A stretch of DNA of 64,000 bases from an uncultured Acidobacteriaceae bacterium (GTDB taxonomy: Bacteria; Acidobacteriota; Terriglobia; Terriglobales; Acidobacteriaceae). Under the pieces are notes generated by a model that saw only the letters and a list, made by a program, of their open reading frames with translations, searched no databases and was not told the origin of the DNA. This document shows positions 51,869 through 60,854 of the stretch, in pieces (the stretch's first letter is position 1; each line of letters starts with the position of its first letter). The stretch covers positions 85,291-149,290 of the forward strand of contig CAVVJK010000005.1 of NCBI GenBank assembly GCA_963748555.1, read 5' to 3'. A program made the translations under genes and the position numbers.

Positions 51869-52798
51869 ATGCCGCAACCCGCATCCATCTCGCGCATCAC
51901 CATTCTTGGTACAGGGCTCATCGGAGCCTCCGTCGGACTGGCGTTGCGCGAGCATGGATTTGAAGGAACGATTTTTGGCTGGGATCGCGATCCTCAACAA
52001 CTCGGCATCGCTCATGCACGCGGCGCCATTCAAGTAACTGCCGAAGATCCTGTTTCTGCGTGCGTCGAGAGCGACGTGATTCTGCTCAGCGGGCCGGTTT
52101 TCTCGATCCTCGAATGGATGAACCAACTCGCTCCCTTGCTGCGGCCCGGCCAGCTTGTCACCGACGTGGGCAGCGTCAAGCAAGCCATCTGTGAACAGGC
52201 TGAGAACCGTTTCAATGGCCCGAACCAGGCCGCGTTTCTGCCCGGTCATCCCATGGCCGGCAAAGAGGTTCATGGAGCCGAGCACGCCGACGGCAGGTTG
52301 TTTCGCGATGCTGTTTGGCTCTTCACGCCCTGCGCAGACGCTCCGCCACCCTCGCCCGATGCTCAATCCCTTGCCGAAGAATGGCGCACCTGGGTCAGCC
52401 GCTTCGGTTGCCGCGTGCTGGATCTCGACCCTCGCCGTCACGATGAACTTTGCGCGTGGGTGAGTCACCTGCCGCAACTTGTCTCCACGTCCCTAAGCGC
52501 CTTGCTTGAAGATCGCTTTCCCGGCGACGAAGATCTGCGCGCCATCGGTGGCCGTGCGTTGCGCGAAATGACGCGCCTCGGCGCCAGTCCGTACTCCATG
52601 TGGCGCGACATCGCCCATACCAACTCTGAAGCGATCGCCGCCGCGCTTCTCGCCCTGGAGCAGCGCCTCACGCATCTTCGCGAGCATCTGAAGACACCGG
52701 AGCTCCGCGACGAATTCGAGCGCGCAAATCAGTTCCGTCTGCGCGCGCCCGCTGCTTCATCCGCTCCAAAGACCAAGCCAGATCCAACCGACAGCTAG
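51869..52798 (+). CDS. tyrA: Prephenate dehydrogenase
   Basis: ITILGTGLIGASVGLAL (NAD fold), GHPMAGKE, HDELCAWVSHLPQL. Starts 3 nt after the DAHPS stop. Confidence 0.85.
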   Translation: MPQPASISRITILGTGLIGASVGLALREHGFEGTIFGWDRDPQQLGIAHARGAIQVTAEDPVSACVESDVILLSGPVFSILEWMNQLAPLLRPGQLVTDVGSVKQAICEQAENRFNGPNQAAFLPGHPMAGKEVHGAEHADGRLFRDAVWLFTPCADAPPPSPDAQSLAEEWRTWVSRFGCRVLDLDPRRHDELCAWVSHLPQLVSTSLSALLEDRFPGDEDLRAIGGRALREMTRLGASPYSMWRDIAHTNSEAIAAALLALEQRLTHLREHLKTPELRDEFERANQFRLRAPAASSAPKTKPDPTDS

Positions 52799-54034
52799 CG
52801 TTATCGCCGTCACCGGCACGCCCACTCGCAGATACTGCCAGAACGTCACCGACGCATCTTCCTTGCGCGCCGACTCCACCACGATGATGTTGGCCACCGA
52901 ACCTGTAATCGTCAGGTTGCCGGCGAGCGTGCTGGCCATGGCCAGCAGCAGCCAGCTTGCATCGCTGTTGCCCTGCTGCACCACCAGCGGCTTCAGCAGC
53001 ATCACCGCGGGCACGTTGCTCAAAAGGTTCGAGAGCAACGTGACCACGCCCGTGAAAATTAGCGTGTTTCTCAGGTTCAGGTGTTCCGCTAGTGCGAGCA
53101 GCTTCTGGTTGAATCCCGCGGCCTCTCCTCCGGCGAGCACGATGAATAGTCCGAGGAAGAAGACCAGCAGCGCTACATCCACTCGCTCCAGCAAGGCTCG
53201 CGGTTCCACACGCCTGCTCAGAAGCAAAAGGCAGGCCGCACCCGCAGCGCACGCGGCCGGGTTCCATCCCATGACCAAGCCGATCAGAACCAGCAGCCCA
53301 ATCAGCAACGGCCACAGCATTCGGCGAACGTTTCCGTTTGCCGATCCCAGCGGCGCTTCCATGGCCACCACGTTGCGGTCTCGCGGGACCTCCGGGCCGA
53401 TCTTCTCGCTCAACGATTTGCTGAAGAGCAGACGCAGCACGATCCAATCCACGAACAAGCCGATCAATGCCACCGGCCCGAGGTGCGCGACGAATTTGAG
53501 ATAGCTGATATGCGAGACCGATGCGATCAGGATGTTCTGCGGATTGCCAACGATGGTCGCGGTGCTGCCGATATTCGAGGCCGTGGCCAGCGCCAGCAGA
53601 TAGGGCAGCGAATGTCTGCGCATCCGATGTGCCACATTCAGGACCAGCGGCGTCATGATCACGCAGACCACGTCGTTCACCAGCAGCGCCGAAAGAATGC
53701 CACCGCTGAAGATCACGGTCGGCAGCAGATGCCGTGCATCGACATGCGCGATCAGGTGTTCGGTGATCCACTCGAAGAAGCCTGCCTCTTCGAGCGCCCC
53801 GGCGAGCAGCATCATGCCAAACAACAGCACCATGGTAGGGAAGTCAATCGCCTCGAGCGCCTGCCGCGGAGCCAGCACCCCGAGCAACACCATGAGGGCC
53901 GCGCCGATCACCGCCATAGCCGTCCGGTCGACCTTCGTTCCAGGAATTCGCCCGAACGCGAAGACCAGGTAACTCACGCAAAAAATCACCGTGCCCACTG
54001 CGTGAGCTTGACCCGTTTCAAGATGCAGCAGCAT
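52757..54034 (-). CDS. ArsB/NhaD-superfamily (SLC13/citrate-transporter-like) permease
   Basis: Intact 425-aa polytopic ORF with two similar halves and conserved SNIGSTATIVGNPQN / GNLTITGSVANI hairpin-like motifs. The 3' end overlaps the tyrA 3' end by 42 nt (convergent). Confidence 0.7.
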   Translation of the reverse strand: MLLHLETGQAHAVGTVIFCVSYLVFAFGRIPGTKVDRTAMAVIGAALMVLLGVLAPRQALEAIDFPTMVLLFGMMLLAGALEEAGFFEWITEHLIAHVDARHLLPTVIFSGGILSALLVNDVVCVIMTPLVLNVAHRMRRHSLPYLLALATASNIGSTATIVGNPQNILIASVSHISYLKFVAHLGPVALIGLFVDWIVLRLLFSKSLSEKIGPEVPRDRNVVAMEAPLGSANGNVRRMLWPLLIGLLVLIGLVMGWNPAACAAGAACLLLLSRRVEPRALLERVDVALLVFFLGLFIVLAGGEAAGFNQKLLALAEHLNLRNTLIFTGVVTLLSNLLSNVPAVMLLKPLVVQQGNSDASWLLLAMASTLAGNLTITGSVANIIVVESARKEDASVTFWQYLRVGVPVTAITLAVGWIWLGLWSG

Positions 54035-54167
54035 GCAGCTTTCTTTCGTTCCGAGGTATGCGGTTCAGGTCCTTGGATGCCGTCGCCGGTACCGCGGCTC
54101 TTCAGCCAGGCGTTGACCGGATCTGCTCAGCGTTGCGGCTCAAAATTTGGCAGTCTACTATGTTGCC

Positions 54168-56001
54168 ATGTCGCAAGGCCGTGTGTTTTCCGCGTGTTGC
54201 CGTTTCAATTTGTGCAGTCTGGCTCTCACCCTCGTCGTCCTCACCGGCTCGGCACTGGGACAGCGTCCAACCACACTGCTGGTGGACATCGACCACCGGC
54301 CTGCGACCAGCCTCAACGGTCCATGGCACTACATTGTCGATCCGTATCGCAATGGCTGGGGCGATGATCCTTCCAAGCCCAGCCCCAAAGGCTACTCCCG
54401 CAATCTTCACTGGTCGGGCGGCAGCGAGTTGCTGGAATATGACTTCGCCAAGTCGCCCACGGTCGCGGTCCCCGCCGATTGGAATTCGCAGCACCAGGAC
54501 ATCTTCTTCTACGAAGGCATGCTCTGGTATCAACGCGACTTCGAGTGGCATCCGCAGCCTCACACCCGCACCTTCATCCATTTCGGCGCAGCCAACCAGG
54601 CCGCCCACGTATTCGTCAATGGCGATCTACTCCTGCCAGCACGAAGGTGGCTTCACTCCCTTCGACTGCGACATCACGCCCGACGTGAAGGACGGCTCCA
54701 ACTTCGTCGTCGTTGCCGTTGATGACCAGCGTCACGCGGAAACCATCCCCGCGCTCAAGACCGACTGGTTCAACTACGGCGGCCTCACCCGCGAAGTCTC
54801 GCTCGTCCGGGTGCCCGACTCCTTCATCGACGATTACTCGCTGCAGCTCAAGCGCGGCACCACCGGTCAGCTCGAAGGCTACGTCCACGTCGAAGGCGCG
54901 CCCGCCGGAACCTCCGTTGCCGTGAGTATTCCCGACCTCAAACTCAATACGACCGCCACCACTGCTGCCGACGGCCGCGCCAGCATCGCGCTCACCGCCG
55001 CACAACTGCAGCTTTGGTCTCCTGAGCATCCCAGGCTCTATCGCGTCGAGATCAAGGCCGGTAGCGACATGCTTGCCGACGACATAGGCTTCCGCACCAT
55101 CGAGGTGCAGGGCGATCAGATCCTGCTCAACGGCAAGCCCATCTACCTGCGGGGTGTCTGTGTACACGCCGAGGCACCCATCCGCTCCGGCCGCGCCTGG
55201 TCCGTGCAGGACGCCGAAACCCTGCTCGGCTGGGCCCATGATCTCCACGCCAACTTCGTCCGCCTCGCCCACTATCCACACGATGAAAATATGACCCGGG
55301 TCGCCGACAAAATGGGCATTCTCGTCTGGTCCGAGATCCCCGTCTACTGGGCCATCGACTGGAAAAATCCCGCCACCCTCGAAACCGCCAAGCAGCAGCT
55401 CACAGAGATGATCCGCCGCGACCACAACAACGCTTCGGTCATTCTCTGGTCTGTCTCCAACGAAACCCCACGCACCCCCGAACGGCTCACCTTCCTCAAA
55501 TCCCTGATCAGCCAGGCTCGTGAACAGGATCCCACCCGTCTGATCACCTCCGCCATGCTCACACACATGGACGGCACCACCGCCATCCTCGACGATCCCC
55601 TTGGCGCAGAACTCGACGTTCTCGGCTCCAACGAATACATCGGCTGGTACCAGGGGAAGTCGGACGACGCTCCGAAGTACACCTGGAAAAATCCCTATAA
55701 CAAGCCGCTCATCATGAGTGAATTCGGCGGAGGCGCAAAAGCCGGAATGCACGGCCAGGTCACTGACCGCTTCTCCGAGGAGTTCCAGGAGAACCTCTAC
55801 CGGCAGCAGATCGCCATGTTCAAACAGATCCCGTTCCTGCGCGGCACCAGCGCCTGGGTGCTGATGGATTTCAGGTCACCCGTCCGCCAGCTGCCCGGGG
55901 TGCAGGACCTCTACAACCGCAAGGGACTGGTCTCGAACGAAGGCGCCAGGAAAAAAGCCTTCTCCGTTCTGAGCGACTACTATGCCTCGATGCCTCAATG
56001 A
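54168..56001 (+). CDS. GH2 glycoside hydrolase (beta-glucuronidase/beta-galactosidase-like); frame broken near 54625
   Basis: Signal peptide (MSQGRVFSACCRFNLCSLALTLVVLTGSALG). FIHFGAANQAAHVFVNG | YSCQHEGGFTPFDCDIT...TDWFNYGGLTREVSL...NFVRLAHYP...WSEIP...WSVSNE...MSEFG. The first ~190 codons of track ORF 54058..56001 are not genic. Confidence 0.8.
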
Positions 56002-56469
56002 AGCCAGGCAAAGGGTCGCGAGCGCGCGACGGCTTCGCAGATCCTGATCCTCGTCTTCGGATGGCGAAGGTGACTTTCGTTACGTGTGCTACTCCCGGCC
56101 GTGTAAGAAAACCGCCCGGGAATGTGGCAATCTAACACTAGCGATAGCGACGAATCAGCAGGTCATTGCCTCGATCTCAGGAGGCTGGACCCGGTGCTTG
56201 GGCATTGGATTCTTCCTGCCTTGTTCGAACTCTGGAGCAAAGCAAGACCGTCCGCCGAACAGCGGGAGTGTAACCGCCCTGCCGGAACTGCAGTGGTATG
56301 CTAGTTGCCACAGAAGGTAAGTACCTTACGGTTGTTGCCGCATCTACCATAGGTAGAGTTCTGATCGTCACCCGCCGTGCTCCGTTGCAGGCGAAGCAAA
56401 TTCACCAGCAGCACTTCTGGTGAGTCACTCAATGCAGCGCCCTAGGGCCTGGAGGAATGTTCGGCGTCG

Positions 56470-56988
56470 ATGAGCGAGGCGAAACCATCCACAGTGGTTC
56501 TGGGAATAGGAAATCTGATGCGTTCCGATGACGGCGTCGGCATGCATGCTGTTTCGCGTCTGGCCCGTGATCCCCGCCTGCCCAACGGCATCCGCGTGGT
56601 CGAGGGTGGGACGCAGGGGCTTGAGCTCCTCTACCATGTACAGGATTCGCGCTGCCTGCTCGTCCTGGATTCGGTCGACGCCAGCGAAGAGCCGGGAACC
56701 GTGATGCGTTTCAGTGGCGATATTGTCTCGCAGTTGCCTCCCAGCAAGAGCGTCCACCTTCTCAGCCTGATCGATCTCCTCGAGGCTTTGAAGATTCGCG
56801 GGCAATTGCCGAACGAAGTCGTCTTACTCGGCGTGCAGCCCAAGTTCACCGGCTGGGGCACCACCCTCAGCTCTCCCGTAGAGTCCGCTCTCGACTTCCT
56901 CATCGAATCCGCCGTTCTGCAGCTTTCGCTGTGGCCCGGCGTCCTCCGCCGAACCGCTCACCCGCCACCACATCTCCTGACCGATTAG
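56470..56988 (+). CDS. Hydrogenase maturation endopeptidase (HyaD/HybD/HycI, peptidase A31 family), with no hydrogenase genes in the window
   Basis: VVLGIGNLMRSDDGVGMHAV...VVEGGTQGLELL...LLVLDSVD...PGTVMRF...SVHLLSLIDLL matches the A31 family layout. Intact 172-aa ORF. Confidence 0.8.
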   Translation: MSEAKPSTVVLGIGNLMRSDDGVGMHAVSRLARDPRLPNGIRVVEGGTQGLELLYHVQDSRCLLVLDSVDASEEPGTVMRFSGDIVSQLPPSKSVHLLSLIDLLEALKIRGQLPNEVVLLGVQPKFTGWGTTLSSPVESALDFLIESAVLQLSLWPGVLRRTAHPPPHLLTD

Positions 56989-57092
56989 AGGCTTGGTCTC
57001 ACGAAGCGGCGCTCAGCCGTGCATCGCAGGCTCTCTAAGCTTGTTGCGATAGACTGCACTCAGTCCCAGCTGCTGCCTGGAATCCCCAAAGG

Positions 57093-59027
57093 ATGGTCTC
57101 CTCACGAATGAAGATGCGGCTCCTCCGCTCCCTCCTGCCTGTTTTGGCAATCGCTCTGCTGGCTACACTCTGTCCTGCGCAGGACGCCAAGCCCGCTGAC
57201 AGCAAAGAAGACTATGTCAAGGCCCACTACACCAAATATGAATACCGCATCCCCATGCGAGACGGCGTGCGGCTGTTCACCTCCGTCTATGTCCCCAAAG
57301 ATGCTGCCCAGGCCTATCCCATCCTCATGGACCGCACTCCCTATAGCGTCGCGCCCTACGGCGAAGACCAGTACAAGAAAACGCTGGGACCCTCAGACGA
57401 ATTCGAAAAAGCCGGCTACATCTTCGTCTATCAGGACGTGCGCGGCCGCTACCTCTCGGAAGGCAAGTTCGTCGAGATGCACCCTCACATCGATGCCAAG
57501 CATTCACCCCAGGACGTCGACGACTCCTCCGACATGTACGATTCAATCGAATTCCTGCTCAAGCACGTTCCCAATAACAACGGCAAGGTCGGCATCTGGG
57601 GCATCTCGTACCCGGGCTTCTATACCTCGGCCAGCATGATCGACTCGCACCCGGCGCTGAAAGCGGCCTCACCCCAGGCTCCCATGACCGACCTATTCAT
57701 GGGCGACGATGCCTACCATGGCGGCGCCTTCATGCTCGCGGCGAACTTCGGCTTCTATACCTTCTTCAAACCCTTTGCACAACCTGCTCTGCCCCCCAAA
57801 GATCCTCAGGATTTCGACTTCGGCACGCCCGACAATTACGAGTTCTATCTCAAGGCCGGAAACCTCGCCAGCCTCGATCCCCTTTATCTGAAGGGCTCCA
57901 ATCCGCTGTTCAACGATCAGATGGATCACGACACCTACGACGCGTATTGGAAAGCTCGCGACCTCTCGCAGCACATGAAAAACATCAAGTGCGCCGTGCT
58001 CACGGTCGGCGGCTGGTTTGATGCCGAAGATCTTTCCGGTCCGTTCAAAACTCACGCGGCTGTGGGCAAATACAATCCGGGCACGCCAAACATGCTGGTC
58101 GAAGGGCCCTGGGTTCACGGCGGCTGGGCTCGCAGCGAAGGAGATCATCTAGGCGACGTCAGCTTCAATGCTGCGACCGCCCAATACTTCCGCACCAAGA
58201 TTCAGTTTCCGTTTTTCGAGTTCTATCTCAAGGGTAAGGGCTCAGCACTTCCGGCGGCATCTGTCTTCGAGACAGGCACCAATGTCTGGCGAAGCTACCC
58301 CAGCTGGCCTCCTCCAGCCGTGCAGCCGAAGACGCTCTACTTCCACTCCGGCGGCAAACTCTCCTTTCAGCGCCCAACCGAAGAGCAGGCCTCCGATGAG
58401 TACGTGAGCGATCCGGCGCACCCTGTGCCCTTCGTCGACTACACCACCGATACCGTGCCGCAGCGCTATATGGTGGACGATCAGCGCTTCGCTTCGCGCC
58501 GGCCCGATGTTCTGGTCTATGAGACCGATCCGCTCGACGAAGACCTCACCATCGCTGGACCCATCTCCCCGAAGCTGAAGGTATCCACCACGGGCACAGA
58601 TTCGGATTTCGTCGTCAAGCTCATTGACGTGTATCCCAACGACTACCCTGATCCGCCCGCCAGCGAAACAGGGAAGCGCGTTCTCAGCGCCCCTCCGCTT
58701 CGCATGGGCGGTTACCAGCAACTCCTGCGCGGAGAGCCGATGCGCGGCAAGTTCCGTAACAGTTGGGAGAAGCCGGAACCGTTTGTTCCGGAGAAGATGG
58801 CCGACGTCAATTTCACCATGCCGGACCTCGATCACACCTTCCGCAAAGGCCATCGCATCATGGTGCAGGTACAGAGTTCCTGGTTCCCGCTGGTGGATCG
58901 CAATCCGCAGACCTTCGTGGATATCCCACACGCCAGGCCGGAAGAGTTCCGCAAGGCCACGGAACGTGTCTTCCACTCGGCCAGTGCCGCGTCAGGTGTC
59001 GAAGTCATGGTACTGCCGCAACCCTGA
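57093..59027 (+). CDS. CocE/NonD-family serine hydrolase (S15 X-Pro dipeptidyl-peptidase-like)
   Basis: Signal peptide. IPMRDGVRLFTSVYVPK...PILMDRTPY...VGIWGISYPGFY (nucleophile GxSYxG) and a C-terminal jelly-roll ending in GHRIMVQVQSSWFP. Intact 644 aa. Confidence 0.85.
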   Translation: MVSSRMKMRLLRSLLPVLAIALLATLCPAQDAKPADSKEDYVKAHYTKYEYRIPMRDGVRLFTSVYVPKDAAQAYPILMDRTPYSVAPYGEDQYKKTLGPSDEFEKAGYIFVYQDVRGRYLSEGKFVEMHPHIDAKHSPQDVDDSSDMYDSIEFLLKHVPNNNGKVGIWGISYPGFYTSASMIDSHPALKAASPQAPMTDLFMGDDAYHGGAFMLAANFGFYTFFKPFAQPALPPKDPQDFDFGTPDNYEFYLKAGNLASLDPLYLKGSNPLFNDQMDHDTYDAYWKARDLSQHMKNIKCAVLTVGGWFDAEDLSGPFKTHAAVGKYNPGTPNMLVEGPWVHGGWARSEGDHLGDVSFNAATAQYFRTKIQFPFFEFYLKGKGSALPAASVFETGTNVWRSYPSWPPPAVQPKTLYFHSGGKLSFQRPTEEQASDEYVSDPAHPVPFVDYTTDTVPQRYMVDDQRFASRRPDVLVYETDPLDEDLTIAGPISPKLKVSTTGTDSDFVVKLIDVYPNDYPDPPASETGKRVLSAPPLRMGGYQQLLRGEPMRGKFRNSWEKPEPFVPEKMADVNFTMPDLDHTFRKGHRIMVQVQSSWFPLVDRNPQTFVDIPHARPEEFRKATERVFHSASAASGVEVMVLPQP

Positions 59028-59109
59028 GTACCGCGTTCTGTTGTCAGGAGACGCCATTGACAGGCGAAGGTAGAAGAATGTCACAAATGCTGTAACTAGA
59101 AAAAAGAAC

Positions 59110-59140
59110 GCCAGCGCAACACCCCATGCGTTGCGCTGGC
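59110..59140 (-). terminator. Rho-independent terminator read on the minus strand (11-bp perfect stem plus T-tract)
   Basis: GCCAGCGCAAC (59110-59120) pairs with GTTGCGCTGGC (59130-59140), with a 9-nt loop. On the minus strand the hairpin is followed by GTTCTTTTTTCT (plus-strand AAAAAAGAAC at about 59099-59109). Confidence 0.6.
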
Positions 59141-59147
59141 TCCGCTG

Positions 59148-59192
59148 GAAGCCGCGGTGCAGCCGGGCTCCACCCCCGCGCACCGCGGCTTC
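59148..59192. other. 13-bp perfect inverted repeat with a 19-nt loop, adjacent to the terminator
   Basis: GAAGCCGCGGTGC (59148-59160) pairs with GCACCGCGGCTTC (59180-59192). Read directly. Confidence 0.6.
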
Positions 59193-59589
59193 CTAAGTGC
59201 TTCCCCGGTACGCGCCCCTCAGCACGCACCAGTTCGCCCTCCCCGCGGATTCGAAAACGGACAAATTGTAGGAAAATGCCGAACACACCAAAGCTAAAAA
59301 TCGAGCCAATACCAAGAATGCAAATTGGGATAACGGTACCCGCATCCCGGCAATTACCGAGCAACCGGATGCACTCCTCCGTCCCCAGCCTCGGCGCGGA
59401 TCTCCACCCGCATCTCCTTGGCTTGCCCTCCCTACGGGCGTACTGGTTTCAATCTGGTCTTGATTTGATGACCTAAGACTAGCTGTTGTTCGGTCTGGTA
59501 ACAATACCCGATTCGTCTTCGGGAGCTAGTTTCAAAGTACAGACGTAATGACACCTAAGTGGTATCAGGCTAGCTTATCCTTGCAAACA

Positions 59590-59608
59590 GGGAGTTACGG
59601 TAACTCCC
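59590..59608 (-). terminator. Weak terminator-like hairpin immediately downstream of the VIT1-family gene
   Basis: GGGAGTTA-cgg-TAACTCCC (8-bp stem). On the minus strand it is followed by TGTTTGC, a poor U-tract. Confidence 0.3.
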
Positions 59609-59614
59609 TTGAAT

Positions 59615-60821
59615 CTAAGTTCCCAGCCGTCCCAGCCCAATTCCTATCACGTACGTTACCACCCCTTCCACTGCTCCCACGAGCGTCATCTCCATGCCGC
59701 TGCTCCACCACGAACGCACCGTGATCAGCGACTTTGCTGCTCCTACCGCGAAGTGCGCCAGCAGAGAAATAATGGCCGACGCAATCACTGCTGTATAGCC
59801 GCTGACGAAGAAGAATGGAATGATGGGGAAGAACGCGCCCACCGCCGTGGACAAGGCTCCCGAGGTGGCCGAGGTCATCGGGTTACTCAACGCCTCTTCT
59901 GTGGAATTCAGCCGCTCGGAGGCTAAAGCGCGCAGCAACTGTTGCGGATCTTTCGCAATATGCTCCACCACCCGATCAGCATCTTCGTGCGGCAATCCTT
60001 TGACCTGGTAATAGAGGGACAGTAACTCACGCGCCTCGGGGCCATTCATCTCGATGGCTTGCCGCTCACGCGATAACTCGGCTTCGTAGATTTCGCGTTC
60101 GCTCTTCGCGGCCAGATACGCTCCCGATCCCATCGACAACGCGCTGGCGATCATCCCCGCAATCCCGGCCAGCAGCACATACTTGCTGTTCCCCAGAGTC
60201 GCGCCAGACACGCCCGACACGATGCCGAAGATCGCGCCCAGCCCGTCGTTCACGCCATAGATCGCGTCCCCGATCCAACCCGCCGCCTGCTTGCCGGAGT
60301 TGGACGCGCTTGGCCAGCAACTCCTCCAGCACGGCCTTCGGATCCTCGGTGACCGCACTCACTGCGGCTGCCGGGTAGTGTTCGCGAATCAGGCCGCTCA
60401 GCTCGCGGTAATGGTCCTGCTCATCTTCGATGACCTGCTGCAGAATGGCCACGCTCGGCTCGTCTCCGAGGTCCCGCAGCTGCTGCCCATACCGCGCGAT
60501 GTCGCGGCTCTCGTCTATTTCGAGCCGGCGCAGCGCCAGGCCCGGACCTCCCGCTACGTAAGGCAGCGTGTCCGCATCTCCCGTGGCCTTGCCGTCGTAT
60601 TTTGGAACTGCGCCGCCAAGCTCCCGGATCCTCTTCGCCCACAGCGCCGCATGATGGGCCTCTGCCTCGGCCATCTTTTTCAAAATGCGCTTGCGAATTG
60701 GGTCGCTATCACGCGACGAGAGCGTCTGGTAGGTGTGAAAGCCGCGCATCTCCGCCTGCCAGTTCTGCGCCAGCGCAGCGATCACCTTGCGATTTGTGTT
60801 CTGGACAGTGGAGTTCGCCAA
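59615..60821 (-). CDS. Ferritin-like (rubrerythrin-type) domain fused to a VIT1/CCC1 iron/manganese transporter domain; frame broken near 60300
   Basis: The N-terminal diiron-like helices (EAEAHHAALW..., EDEQDHYREL) are in ORF 60066..60821. The membrane domain (GDAIYGVNDGLGAIFGIVSGVSGA...) is in ORF 59615..60358. The junction is AVLEELLAKR | SNSGKQAAGWIGDAIYG. Confidence 0.8.
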
Positions 60822-60854
60822 CCTTACAGCCTCCCAGCGGCCTTTTGCCTGATT

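Noticed and set aside
56220-56250. tRNA-like GTTCGAA motif (also GGATTCGAA at about 59236-59250)
   Set aside because: The flanking bases do not form a T-arm stem, and no acceptor, D or anticodon arms can be drawn. No tRNA is called anywhere in the window.
56084-56371. Short ORFs (60-78 aa) in the region upstream of the hydrogenase protease
   Set aside because: They have no ribosome-binding sites, they overlap each other in different frames, and their composition is unconvincing. The region is treated as non-coding or unassigned.
59044-59504. Minus-strand ORFs of 103 and 106 aa with hydrophobic segments
   Set aside because: Both run straight through the two strong hairpins and the terminator, and the hydrophobicity appears in two frames (a T-rich strand effect). 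A small membrane peptide remains possible, especially if indels are present, but it cannot be supported as a CDS.
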